Origin: Octopus sinensis
Taxonomy: Eukaryota
Direction: 5' to 3'
DNA length: 64,000 nt
NCBI RefSeq assembly: GCF_006345805.1
Contig: NC_042999.1
Location: 76,570,001-76,634,000, forward strand
Every line of letters begins with the position of its first letter. The stretch's first letter is position 1. The notes under the pieces are model-generated. The model ran no database searches. It saw only the letters and a program-made list of their open reading frames with translations, and was not told where the DNA came from. Below, in pieces: positions 1-12,900 of the stretch. The position numbers were made by a program, and so were the translations under genes.

Positions 1-352
1 TAGATGATCGGGAAATGCAGATTAACCGACTACTTGTCATTGTAACAAGTTAATTTCGAAAAAATATATATTTTGACTGATGTTGTAGCAATATCTGAAA
101 AAAAAAAGACATCCCAGTAAGCACTTGAGAAACTGAGCAAATATAAGGACTTGCAGAAAGAAATCAGAGGATTTTGCTATTCAAAGCAACATCATCTATA
201 GCTATTGGAGCACTTGTAATGATATCAAATGGTGCAAACAAAAATGTAAACCAATTTCCTGGCAACCCCAAAATAAGTAAATTGCAAAAGATCATACTTA
301 AGAGGTATCTCACGTATTTTACGTAAATTCCTCTCCAGGTAAATGCAATCGT
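1..352 (+). mobile_element. 3' remnant of R4/Dong-like non-LTR retrotransposon (RLE C-terminus)
   Basis: Frameshifted translation LEKLSKYKDLQKEIR ... AIGALVMISNGANKNVNQFPGNPKISKLQKIIL matches the EK..KY.DL / IGALG / LQK..L motifs that end RLE-bearing R4/Dong ORFs. Confidence 0.75.
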
Positions 353-385
353 ATTCATTCAAACCTCATTATAAATTTTATAAAG

Positions 386-422
<37 letters not shown>

Positions 423-534
423 ACAGGCATCAGGTTAGTTTTTGGTTGCATCATTTAATGCAAAAACTTGATGTCCCTCGAAGTTTGTGGTGGAGACATG
501 GGTGCAGATTGTATAAATGGAATCAGAGACAAAT

Positions 535-537
<3 letters not shown>

Positions 538-585
<48 letters not shown>

Positions 586-627
586 CAGCAGCAGCAGCAG
601 CAGCATTAGTAGTAGTAGTAGTAGTAA

Positions 628-674
<47 letters not shown>
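538..674. repeat. Compound (TAG)n/(CAG)n microsatellite
   Basis: Read directly; explains the poly-S/T/V ORFs 386..751 and 455..688. Confidence 0.97.
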
Positions 675-3203
675 AAAGGCGGTTTCACTTACGAAGCCAC
701 CCGCATAAAAAGTGCTACAATCTATCTAGCAGTTTATTTCTCCATCTTTGAATGTAAGATATTTTTTTTTAAATCTATGTAACCCGACCATGTTCAGTGG
801 TCGATATACTTTACGAAAAACAAACAAAAAAATCGCAAATGCGAGTCTTAGCGTGTCTTGGCACTCATTATATCGAAGATGGAATTTGTCGAGTAAAGAT
901 ATTTAGACCAGTGAAAATTACTGAAACACATATACATAAATAAATATATGTGAGTGTATACACATATGCACTTACACACTCACATACACACACACAATAG
1001 ATTCTATACAGTATGAAATTTTATTTTCAAGCAACGTATTTAGTACAAGGAAAAAGTAACGTGCAGTGGGACCGAACTTCTAACCAAATCATTACAAGCA
1101 AAATTCCTAACCACATAACAATACCTATGTATATGTGAAAAGTATAAATTTCATTTTCCTGCTTTTTACCGTTCAAGATCCGCGTCTGTGGGTGTATACG
1201 TAGTCATGTTGCGCGTGTGTGTATTTATATCAATGTTTACATTCTGCGCTGAACGGTACTTGTTGACATTACTCTGTCAACAATCGTCCCATAGTTATGT
1301 GGTTTGGAAGATGAGTGGAAAGAAAATTCCTTTACTTCAAATATACTTAGATATATGTGTACATACGTAAGTGTAAAATATCATTAGTAAAGATACTTTG
1401 AATTCCTGTGTTATTTATTTTCTTCAACATATATTCGACGGAAACTTTTCTAAAGAGCACACGTATGACTTCCAATAAAGACAGGGACGGCCATAGTATT
1501 AGATATCTTTCTATCATGAAGAAATCTAATTGAAAGACTCTCAATGTGAGACATATCCATAAGAATATAAAAATGTGTGTATGGTATAAATTATATATAT
1601 ATATATAATATTCTTGTGCAGGCTGAGTATGTTCAATAAATTTCAGCGTTATAGCCGGAGAAAATTTGAAAAGTAAAATGTCTGAGAGTAAATATATTAA
1701 AATAAATTATTATTAATAAAATTAAAGAACAGTTTTTATTTCTAAACCAGTAGTTTATTTCCTTTTCTTCTATCCTAAATCCATTTAAACGCTTTCTTTC
1801 TTATTCTCCGGAGAATTGTTGGTGTTAAAAACGAATGAATACGTCTGCATCAACCTACTTCTCACTGTTAGGATTGCATCATCTATTTCTTCTACTGATC
1901 ATTGAGAAAATACACTTAACTTATTGAATCTGCAGAGAATTTTTCTCCCTTTAGTAGTTTTTACATTAAGAAAATTTCTCGAAGATTAGATAGCATAATG
2001 GGAATTCATTTCTAATCTTTTCCAGCAGAACGGTGGATAATTTAACTCCATATTAAAATTATATTTTCTACACATGAAGACAAAATTTCTAAAAAAAAAA
2101 TTAAATTATTCGTTTTAATTTATTAAAGATTTAAACGATTTTTATTAAATATTTTCCCTAAAGATTAAAAATATTGTCAATTTACAGCACTTTTCCATAG
2201 AATATTTTTTCTAAAACAGTTGTATATATTTTCTGATAAAATTTACAGAAAGGAACATGCCAGGCGTGCTGTGGAGTGGCTGTTCATGAGTAGTATCCAA
2301 ATATTAAAATCCACAGTCTGACCAATCTACCGATCAATTCTTCAGAACATATCTTGGGGGAAATCCTTTTCAATTGATTATGGAAAATATTTTTACTTTT
2401 ATTAATTTCAGTGTTTGCTTTCGAGTAATCCTAATTGTCACATATGAAGAAAAAGCTCTGAGACAATTCCTGAAGCGAATGCTATAAAATATTCTATGAA
2501 TACATTAGAAACTAGTCGTAGATAACTGGCTTTGCTTGTGTGAGTAATAAAATTGTAAATGAATATAAACCCAATCCATTGTATAATATCTTAACTGTGG
2601 ATGCTTCATGACGGATATATAAATTTTAGATGACAAAAATCAAAATGCAATGTGTTATGCTGCTTATCGAAGTTAGTAGAAAAATATAAAAGGCTGAAGT
2701 GATAATAAATATTATGGAGAAGACTTCAAACGAAATATAATATTGCGACAATGCTTATTTTATGTAAATAATCTTTTATTGATAAATCACACTACGCTAG
2801 CGATAAATAGGTACAAGCAGCATTAGTTAGCTCACTTCTATTCGTTTCACTACTGGATGGTATAGAAATAGACTTATATTACTGTCGTCGTCATCGTCCT
2901 CGTTGTTGTTGTTGTTCTTGCTGGTGGTGGTGGTAGTATTTATCGCCAGGTTAACTGTGAACGAACCTATGATCAGAGATTTTCCAGCTATTATCATTAG
3001 TATTCTATTTTATTCAGACATTGTGTATTTAGGACTACAGCATTTCATCAATCCTTCGTATCTTGAAGACATTAAGCCTGATATATGAAAGAGGTGCTCT
3101 CGTTATTTCATGCAAGTCTAGTGATTAAATTAAATACCACTTCATTGGCCTGATTAGAAGTTATATTAGCGACACCAGATAATTGTTATGAAGTATGCTG
3201 CTG

Positions 3204-3696
3204 TCTTCTTCTTCTTCCAATCAGGAATCACGCCATTAGCCACAAAGAATAACCTCTAATTCGAGGCTACTCTAAGCTACTAAGAATGCGTGTGGCAACT
3301 TGAAGATCCACCCACCACACGCTATAGACTGGCGGTTGCACGGGCGCGAAAGCTACGTTGTTATCCTCATTCCGTAAACGGTAGCTTTTAACGTATGGAG
3401 GGCTGAACCATCATGGGTTACAGAGGATTCGCAATCTAGACCAGGGTCTGAAAGTTTACCACACCATAGTGGGTTACATCATGGTTCCTCTGCTTTGTTG
3501 CAGAAGTAGGAAGAAAGAATGAGAGAAAGTTGTGGTGAAAGATTACAGCGGGGTTCACCACCCCACACCGCCGGAGCCTTGTGGAGCTTAGGTGTTTTTG
3601 CTCAATAAACACTCACAATGCCCAGTCTGGGAATCGAAACCGCATTCTTACGATCGCGAGTCCGTTGCCCTAACCGCTGGGCCATTGCGCCTCCAC
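3204..3696 (-). mobile_element. Full-length tRNA-derived SINE (family C) with (AAG)n tail
   Basis: Minus strand starts GTGGAGGCGCAATGGCCCAGCGGTTAGGGCAACGGACTCGCGATCGTAAGAATGCGGTTTCGATTCCCAG (A box TGGCCCAGCGG, B box GGTTTCGATTCCC), ~400-bp body, ends in GAAGAAGAAGA. Confidence 0.85.
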
Positions 3697-4902
3697 GTAT
3701 GCTGCTGTTGTCATTGTTGCTGTTGCTTTTGTAAGGTTAACATTTGCACCAGCATTTATGTTGGAAACGTTGTGATCCGTCTACTTTATGATGATTGTCT
3801 CTTTTCTGGATGTGTTGACCTGTTTCCTATGTCTGCAGCAAATTTCAGTATAATCGTAATGAGAAGTTGTAACCATTAATTTTAAAAAATACTTTCAAAA
3901 CAGACAAAGGAGAAACTCAAAAGGAGATACAAGTAGATGGATGTATCTGATTTTATATTTATTGATTCTTTATGAAGTAAGATTTGTTTCAGGTTATAAC
4001 AAATTCGACACACATCATGGGTTTCAATAGAACTGAAGAATATTGCTCTTCAAAATTACTTCTTTAGTATAGCAACAAATTATGAAAGTGAAGATGACCA
4101 AATGGAAAGAATATCGAAAAAGAATTAGAGTTTGAATGGTCACGTCAAACACACAGAGTTTTGTATCTTCAGGATGCAGTTCACACCCAAGTATCTACCA
4201 AGAGTGGTATTATTTACTATCATAAGCAACAACTCAACTCTTGAGCACTGGAAGGACTACTAGGAGATTGCTCCATTTACTAAAGATAAAAGCTACATCA
4301 TCCTCAAATAACCCACTACCGTTTTAAAAATAGGAAGGATACATAGGAATCGTAGTACAAAATATACTATACCTGAAATAAAAACAGACGGTCATGGCCT
4401 CAAAGACATGAATCGCAGGACCGCTGGATCAAATTGACTCGAAATAAACACTACTCTTATGATTAAGAAAAAAAAGACTAGTTATGTTTTAACAGGGTCT
4501 CGCATATGTTCAACAGCAAATATATAGTCTGAAGTTATATACTTATTTTATCTATGATATATTTGTTTATGATTATACAGTCATCTACATGCATATTCTA
4601 AGAAACATAAACACAGAAACCTATAAAATCGAATCATAAATAATGACATATATCAGCATTTGCATCTTGCCTCACATAGCAGCATTTCAAACTGTAGCCT
4701 TGTTTTCATTACCCCTTGCAGATTCGAAATTAAATATTCAAACATTTTATGGAATTGCGATGAATATTTATACTTAAAATCTATTTATTCCTAATTTATG
4801 AATTTTCTGAATTACGGGATTTACAACATTGATTTATTTACGTTTCTCCTTTTCAATAAATATTCATATTTAACACGTTAGCAATCATATTTCATCAATC
4901 TT

Positions 4903-4916
4903 ATATAATAATATAT

Positions 4917-4948
<32 letters not shown>

Positions 4949-4956
4949 ATATATAT

Positions 4957-5026
<70 letters not shown>

Positions 5027-5055
5027 TAATATATATATATAATATATATATTATA

Positions 5056-5128
<73 letters not shown>

Positions 5129-5141
5129 AATAATATATAAT

Positions 5142-5173
<32 letters not shown>

Positions 5174-5486
5174 ATATATATAATATATATATATATATAT
5201 AATATATATATATATACACATATATATATATTATATATATATATTATATATATATATAATATATAATATATATATATATTATATATATATAATATATATA
5301 TAATATATATATACACCACACACACACATATATATAGTATATATTATATATAATATATATATATATATATTATATATATACATATATAAGTACACACACA
5401 CACACACCACACACACACACATATATTATATTATATATATCTTCAGGCGGCGATTATAATTAATTTTATTGTATCGCATTTATCTT

Positions 5487-5540
<54 letters not shown>
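4903..5540. repeat. Long degenerate (TA)n tract
   Basis: Read directly; source of the YI-repeat ORFs. Confidence 0.97.
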
Positions 5541-5543
<3 letters not shown>

Positions 5544-5600
5544 TTATAATTCACATATCCCAATTATCAATGTAAGCACACAGACGCACATGTTCATAAA

Positions 5601-6481
5601 TACAGGGTCCGGTGAATAAGCTGTCGTCTAAATTACGCAAAAATGAAAGTAACACTGACATCTGATTTTAACAGATATATTTACCAAGATTACAGAAAAA
5701 TATCTTGAAATAGTAGAGAGTAAATTCATTCAATAAAATCGTCATGGGCTTCAACCACAGCCTCCAGACGACTTCGGAATCTCCTGCAACTATTCTGGGC
5801 AATCTCCTTGTTTAAGTTGGTGAATGCTGCCGTAATCCTTGCCTTCAGTTCGTCTTTCGTGTTACAAGGAGTTTTAGTGTCTATCATTTAACTGCGCCCC
5901 ACACGTAATAATCAAGGGAGTTAGGTGGCCAAATGTTAGAGGTGATGTGGTCGCAGAAATTGTCTGATAGACATGACTGGGTTCTCCTGCTTGTTTGGCA
6001 TGGTGCAGAGTCCTGCTGCCAGACATAGGGTCTTCCAGGAACCTCCCTCTTGACCCAGGGTAGTACTAGCTCCCCTAGGCACTTAATGTCGGCCTCCGTG
6101 TTGAGTTTGAGGCTGTGTGGGAACATGAATGGAGGCATAACGCTGCCATCACTAGTGAACACTCCAAACACCATGATGATTGGATGTTTGATTTTTATAA
6201 CTCTCACTGCATGTCCTCAAATTGCACTTTCCTCAGATTGATACCCAACCACTCTGAAAAGTTCGTATTGGAGCTTCCGGTGCGATTGCCAAGCAGTACA
6301 GCATGTCGTTTCCAAGTTTCTGGCAGAGTGAGTTGCGTCATGGTGCTATTTTTCTCACAGATGGTGCCCAACTGAACGTATTATACTGAATAGACGGCAA
6401 AATCAAAAACAAACAATACGCATGTTATATGAAATTGAAAACATAAAACGGCGACAATTTACCCATCACACTCCGTCTATA
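5601..6481 (-). mobile_element. Internally deleted Tc1/mariner (maT/DD37D-like) DNA transposon
   Basis: ORF 5884..6207 contains MVFGVFTSDG, YVWQQDSAPC and a shortened WPPNS-LDYYVWG catalytic motif; degenerate TIRs TACAGGGTCCGGTGAATAAGCTGTCG and CGACAATTTACCCATCACACTCCGTCTA. Confidence 0.85.
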
Positions 6482-6516
6482 AATATACAAGCTTCTGTCG
6501 ATTATATATATGCATA

Positions 6517-7366
6517 TACGAGGTTCGATCAATAAGTATCCGGATCGTTGTCATAGTAACGATGCTAAAGCACACATAATAAAGCTGCTTGGCATAGATT
6601 GACCTTGAAATCTGTTGTGCATGCGCACTAAGTTTTAACGCTCTAGTTTACTTCCGCTGTTTACAGCTGTGCTTGGAGGTAGGTGTGTAGCATGTGATCG
6701 TCATATTGACCATGTGAAAGTTTTCATGGTAATACCTGCTCAGAGGCCAACACAGCGTTGTAGAAAGTGTATGGAGAGGAGTGTATGTGTCGCATACAAG
6801 TGTACGAGTGGTTCAAACGTTTTCAAGATGGCCGAAAAAAAGACGAAATTGACGAACGTTCTGCGAGACCTGCAATCAACAGAACTTAGAAAAACATCGC
6901 AGATGTGCGTGCAGATGTGAAGGGAAATCGTCGAATCATCATCCGTGAGTTATCAGAGGATGTGAAGATTAGCTACTGTTCAGCTCAGTCTATCATCACT
7001 GAAAATTTGAGTATGAGTCGCGTGTCTGCCAAGTTTGTGCCAAAGCTGCTTTCAGCTGACGAAAATGACACTCGGGTTTCAGTTGCACAGATCTATCTGA
7101 TTGTGTCAAGAATGATGAAAACTTTTTGCAAACTCTGCGTAGGCCTCTGAGCAGGTATCACCAAGCTTTTAGCAAAATTTGATGCCCATTCTCTGCTCAA
7201 CTTTCTCTGTCATTGTCAATGCGACGATCACACGCAGAAGTGAGCTAGAACGTTAAAATTTAGTGCACATGCACAAGAGAGTTCACGGTCAATCTGTACC
7301 TAGCGACTTCACTCTGTGTGGTTTAGCTTCGTCACTATGGCAACTTATTAATCAGACCACGTGTGT
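6517..7366 (+). mobile_element. Non-autonomous mariner derivative with ~130-bp TIRs and HTH fragment
   Basis: KVYGEECMCRIQVYEWFKRFQDGRK and RRIIIRELSEDVKISYCSAQSIITENLSMSRVSAKFVPKLL (WVPxxL-type motif); 6517-6650 is reverse-complementary to ~7235-7366; catalytic domain missing. Confidence 0.85.
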
Positions 7367-7377
7367 ATATATAATGG

Positions 7378-7388
7378 GATAGATAAAC

Positions 7389-7467
<79 letters not shown>

Positions 7468-7610
7468 GTGTGCGTTGGCACATGTGTGTGGTTGTGTATG
7501 TGTGCGGTGTAGTGGTGTGTGTGAGTGAGTGAGTGTGTGTGTGTTTGTGGGTGCGTGTGTGTGTATGTGTGCGCGTGTGTATGTGTGCGTCAGCGTGTGT
7601 GTCAGCGTGT
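7378..7610. repeat. (GATA)n followed by degenerate (GT)n
   Basis: Read directly. Confidence 0.95.
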
Positions 7611-7701
7611 AACTTTGGTAACAGTCGACACGCATATCACTTAGATGTTTACGTGATTTAATATGTCTAATTACTTAAGTGATATTTATTTTATTTTTCC
7701 T

Positions 7702-8400
7702 TGAATGATGAAAGGTAAATTCGGCACCCGTGGAATTTTAACTCAGAACGTAAAGGTATTTAACTAAGTTCCTCCATTGTACTTATTCTACATCCATTCA
7801 GTTCCCTCAAGATTAGTAAAGGTTATTTCTAACACAGAAAACTGGGGCAGAAATTTATGGAGAGAGATTGTCCATTAATTCTACCCTACTAGAATTGTAC
7901 TTTTATTGGCCCGGGCATAATGAAAAAGTAATTAGGTGTTAGCAAGACTAGAGCGTTAAAATCCGTAAGAAATACAAAAAGCATTTTCATTCGACGCTCC
8001 TACTATTCTGCTAATCTACAACAGTTATTTCTAATACAGCCATACAAGGCGCCGGGCGAAACGTTTCACGACATTTCGTCCATCCTAATGTTCTGAGTTT
8101 AAATGCTGCCCAGGCCGGCTTTGCCCTACATCATTTCGAGGTCAATAAAATAATAACTAGTTGAGCACTGGGGTCGATGTAATCGACTTATCCCCTTCCC
8201 GGAACATGCTGGCCTTGTACCAAATTTTGAAGTCAACATAGATATAAAGGCACAATGCCGCATATATGAAGAAGGGAAAAGAGTTGACTATAGAGGCATC
8301 GGTATGTAACTGGTACTTGTTTTTATCAACTTCAGAAAGATGAACAGTTAAATCGAAATCACTTGAATTTAGAATATAAAGAAACAGAACTAATTACCAC
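7702..8400. mobile_element. Cluster of four decayed family-A tRNA SINEs (-, -, +, -)
   Basis: 8048-8236 (+) has GCCGGGCGAAA..GTTCTGAGTTTAAAT..CACTGGGGTCGATGTAATCGACTTA; 7702-7770, 7810-8018 and 8243-8400 carry reverse-complement pieces of the same consensus. Confidence 0.7.
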
Positions 8401-9101
8401 ATGGCCCCTGATCGAATCGAAATATACTTTCATCGCATATTATAACTTGAAGCAAATAGGAGATAAATCTACATCGTCGTTAGCCAATCCCAAAGGATAG
8501 ACCGCGAAAATCTTGCGTTAATCCACTGTAACAAGAGGTGAACTGAAGCAATAGAGAAAAAATAATGCAATCGCAAATATAAACAAGCGGTGGCGGTTTA
8601 CCCACCTGGATATACAACACCTACAGAAGAGGAAAAGAGACTAGACATTGCACGATGAGAAAATAACAAAGTATGAAAGCCTTATAGCTCATTGACTCGA
8701 ATTCTTATCTGTTTCGTCCTTACAGTTTATAATTAATTACTCTGTCCTCCTATTTCTGTTTCTTCACTTCTGTGAATTCCTTTCGGATATAATTATCATG
8801 ACTCAGATCTTACCTGGGGATTACATTGGAGAGAATCGATATTATTAACATGACATGTGAAGACGATCATTTAAAGATTTGCTTTTCAACTGTTTAGCAG
8901 TACTTAGCCAGGAGTTATGTCATGCAGTTGGGAGGGTGAATTGGGAATAGACTTGGAATTAGAACAACCAGGGACACAAACAGAAACTCAGATTTATATA
9001 TGTATGTGTATATATATATATATAATATATATATATATATATGTACACATACAAACATACATACATACATACATACATACATACATACATACATACATAC
9101 A

Positions 9102-9132
<31 letters not shown>

Positions 9133-9135
9133 TTA

Positions 9136-9300
9136 CACGAGGTGGTGCTGAAAAGTTCCTGACCAAAAGAGTCTCGCGAAAGGCCTAGTTGGAGACCCAG
9201 ACTTCCGACTTCTTTTACAGGGCTTAGAAAAACTGAAGGACCGTTGCTGCACGTGTGTGACTTTGAGAGGAGTAAAAGCCGGAGCAAACACTGCAAGCTA
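9136..9300 (+). mobile_element. Mariner-derived MITE fragment (left TIR plus transposase C-terminal piece)
   Basis: TACACGAGGTGGTGCTGAAAAGTTCCTG TIR-like start; LQGLEKLKDRCCTCVTLRG resembles the mariner C-terminal GI.KL..RW..C...G motif; no right TIR seen. Confidence 0.6.
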
Positions 9301-9799
9301 TTTTGTACGACGCGCGAGCAATTATATCTGATTGCATCAAGTCTTCATCTACTTAGTGGCTGTGGAGAAAGTGGTTACGTGGCGGACTTGTCTAAAAGTT
9401 TGAAGACAGAGATTCTCGTGTTTAGCCAAGTTCTCATCAACTTCAAGTATCACTTGAAGGTGAAAATAGACGAAGAAATGTTGTCCTCTACTGAGTTTAA
9501 CGAATGATAGCTGAAAGTAGGAAGACTGATGCGATTGAATGCATTTATTCTGAACACACAGAGAGACATCAATTTTTTCCTGAAACTGAGGGACATCAAT
9601 TTTGATACCACGATTGTAATAGAATGATACGGGCTTTTATTTAAAGTTTTTACTCTGAATTACCGAAGGTGGTGTTGTGATACTTTTCTTATTGACATTT
9701 TCATGTTTATATCTTTTGATTTTGTTGACTTCTATTTTGTGTGGGTACTTCATCCTTGTATTTTTTTCAAATGTCTTGAGCTCTTGTGGCCAATAAAAT

Positions 9800-9958
9800 G
9801 AAGAAGAAGAAGAAGAAGAAGAAGAAGAAGAAGAAGAAGAAGAAGAAGAAGAAGAAGAAGAAGAAGAAGAAGAAGAAGAAGAAGAAGAAGAAGAAGAAGA
9901 AGAAGAAGAAGAAGAAGAAGAAGAAGAAGAAGAAGAAGAAGAAGAAGAAGAAGAAGAA
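9800..9958. repeat. Perfect (AAG)n, ~53 units
   Basis: Read directly; poly-K/poly-L ORFs are artefacts. Confidence 0.98.
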
Positions 9959-10566
9959 CTTGGTAAATGAAACTAATGAAAAACGATTCGAGAATATTTT
10001 TCCGGTAGTTCAGCAATAAAATCAGTTTAAATTTCAGATTAATATCACTGGTTAAAAATCAGTTGCAGTCTCAGACATGATTGGAAGTTGTTTATTGTAA
10101 ATAGATCGATAAACGGGATGTAATATGTGACCAGTTTGGGAAAAACTAATTACAGGATTATATCGATTACAGGAACCAATCTCCTGCCACAGATATCAAA
10201 AGAAAACATTTGTTTTTTATGCTATTTTATTGTTATTAATATTTTTTTTCTATTACTCAACTAAAAATGAAATGTTTGCAAGTATCAAGCAATTGTATTG
10301 AGTAAAAGAAAAATGCATATCTACCAAGATATCTTATTCAACTTAATATTAGTTTCCTTTGAATCAGCACAAATACCTTATATTTTAAGAGGGATAACGA
10401 AAAGAGTTGTGACTTGCATGCCTTTCTCTTAGTGGCATATGTAAAGTGAAATCACTTCAACATGGAAATTTATCCACTTTGAAAGTACTCGTCAGTTTCA
10501 CATTTCTAATGTTTAAAGCATGCAATTTACTTACAAATAAATGCGAGGCAATATTGCTTTCAAATT

Positions 10567-10755
10567 TTTGCACAAGGCTAGCAAGTTCTGGGGAAGGTTT
10601 AAATCAATTACATCGACCCCTGATCTCAACTGGTACTCATTTTATCGACCCCGAAAGAATGAAAGGTGAACTTTGAATTCAGAACGTATAGACGAGTGAA
10701 ACGATGCGAAACATTTTACCCGGCGTGCTAACAATTCTGCCAGCCTACGGCCTTA
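10567..10755 (-). mobile_element. Family-A tRNA SINE
   Basis: Plus strand CATCGACCCC..AACTGGTACTCATTTTATCGACCCCGAAAG..TTTGAATTCAGAACGT..CCCGGCGTGCTAACAATTCTGCCAGC. Confidence 0.85.
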
Positions 10756-11861
10756 TGTAATAATACAATATTAAAATTCAGTTAGTAGATATTTCCGTCG
10801 TATGAAAAATTCAGCTGTTCAACATCGAAACTGACAGAGAGAGTAAGAGAAGACAGTTCATTAGCTTTATTTCATATTTAGTATTTCATTAGTAAGCTTC
10901 TTTCTCTATCTTTATTCTTTGTCTATCTCTCATACAGCATTGATCGTCGTGGTCAATGGTGTTCTAGTTGTCACTGCAGCTGACGTTGTTTTTATGGTTA
11001 TATTTTAATGGTGTGTCCAGATATAGAAGTGTTAAATACTCAGTCTTACAACCTAATTTATGGCTGTTATATTTTTTTTATGTAATGCTTTACATAGTAT
11101 TCGAAAATACAAAAAAAAAAGCGCAAAACAAAATATGATATTGGACAGAGATTTAGATTTACCACCACATTAAATATTTATGAACAATTTTAATATATCT
11201 TCAGTGTGGTATTTTGTTTCATTGCTCTCTAGATTTCTGTTTAGTTGTGTATGTGTATACGTGTATGCGTGCATTTTTTTATTATTTAATATTATTCTGT
11301 TTAATACGATTTAAATACACATACAATAATACATATAAAAAAATAGGAAATACTTGTCTCCTTTTGTTTTTATTAAGTGTTTATAGCATAATACAGACAG
11401 TGATGCTATTACTATAATATGAGAGATGGAGTTTATATCATAATAGGGATGATGGCGTTTATAGCATAATAAAATTATAGGCTATGTTGTTCTAGTCTAA
11501 CCAGTAGTCAAGTGAAACGAGTAAGAAACACGGGAGATTTGTAATTTCTTCAACACTGTACATAGTCAATATGGCGATTTTTGTTTCAATTTGCTCTTCT
11601 GTCCCTCTGTGTCTGTATTTGGTCTGCTTTTGTTAGATCTATTATTTTTCCCAAGTCGATGTGTATTGTGTATAGAAGTGAAGTAACAGTTTATTGTTCA
11701 TCGTATTTAAGTGGACTGAATAAACAACGAGATTCACCATGCATAAACAACAAGTATGGTTACTTAGTTCATATAACGACTGGTATTCATTCACATTTCT
11801 GAATTTCAAGTTCACTGATTTCTAGTTAGTTAACTCACAAACGGGGTACAAAATATCTCAC

Positions 11862-11941
11862 CTTGCATGAACGCAGCGTAGCAATTTGCCATAAATCGCC
11901 GCAGGTTTCAATACTTGCTTTAGTAAAACAGACGCTCTCAT
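11862..11941 (-). CDS. Candidate first coding exon, MRASVLLKQVLKPAAIYGKLLRCVHA
   Basis: ATG-led open frame ending at a strong donor CAAG|GTGAG in non-repetitive DNA; no homology recognised. Confidence 0.2.
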
Positions 11942-12526
11942 ATATTGGATAATATTCTTGTCTTCAGGTTAGTTCCTGTTTGTCCCACTCGATGCAATAT
12001 GGGTAGTAAATAATAAGAAACTTTAAATTGAGCTTCATTTCGCTACTAAATATCTCATTCTCAGGAGAAGCATCTAATTATCCATTTTCTGTTTCCACAC
12101 TCAGTCGGTTTGAAGCCCAGATAACTCTTTAACATTAATTAGAATTATACAGGGTCGCTTGCAATTTCATACAGCAATTAAAATGGCAATTCGACCTTGC
12201 ACAACCACGCTTTAAACTATTTAAGCTAGTAAGTCTTATACAGAATTGTTTGTATATTATATATATGCGTTACTGACGCGTTATCTCTATTTGGAATTTT
12301 TTAAATAGTACCTCATATATATAGGAATATGTTCGCTTGCGTATATGTATTATGTATGAGCGTATGTTTGTGTGTGTGTGTGTGTGGATGAGTAAAAAAT
12401 TTGCCATCTAACATTAATGTTTAAGTGTCCACAAACTTATGGTAAATTTCATTTAAATGTTTGTTTTTGTATGTAGAGACATACACATTTAAGTGCGAAA
12501 ATACACACACACACTATCACATACAA

Positions 12527-12576
<50 letters not shown>

Positions 12577-12581
<5 letters not shown>

Positions 12582-12900
12582 CAACAATTGAGGGTAAAAT
12601 TAATTAATTAATCAATTTCACCAAGTATTCAGTATGCAAAGGGACCATTTAAGGCGAATTCAAATTATTACATTATATAAAAGGGCTTAGTAAAATAAAT
12701 TACTTTGCCGCATACTGAACTCATTAGAAATAGCAGCTAAAAAAACTTTTTTAAAACTATTTCTAATACTTAAAGAAAAGTATTAGAAATAATTTTAAAA
12801 AAGTATTAGAAATAGTTTTAAAAAAGTTTTTTTAGCTGCTATTTCTAATGAGTTCAGTATGCGGCAAAGTAATTTATTTTACTAAGCCCTTTTATATAAT
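12577..12900. mobile_element. (TA)n-flanked element with a perfect 100-bp inverted repeat
   Basis: 12672-12771 is the exact reverse complement of 12801-12900 (29-bp spacer); its 5' end recurs inverted at ~14105-14135, so it is a dispersed repeat. Confidence 0.8.

Noticed and set aside
1295-1510. Back-to-back candidate exons 1295-1366 (+) and 1367-1510 (-), both multiples of 3
   Set aside because: Opposite-strand donors share one near-palindromic site (ACATAC|GTAAGT), acceptors are modest and no homology was recognised; chance is likely.
3620-3696. tRNA gene-like sequences at SINE heads
   Set aside because: Acceptor and T stems are incomplete and each continues into a SINE body; no true tRNA or rRNA gene seen.
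4878-5325. YI-repeat, MYVC-repeat, LSIY-repeat and poly-K/L/S/F ORFs across the window
   Set aside because: All are translations of (TA)n, (TACA)n, (GATA)n, (AAG)n or (TAG)n.
8480-8700. Possible RLE fragment (HDEKITKYESL)
   Set aside because: A single short motif; too weak to call.
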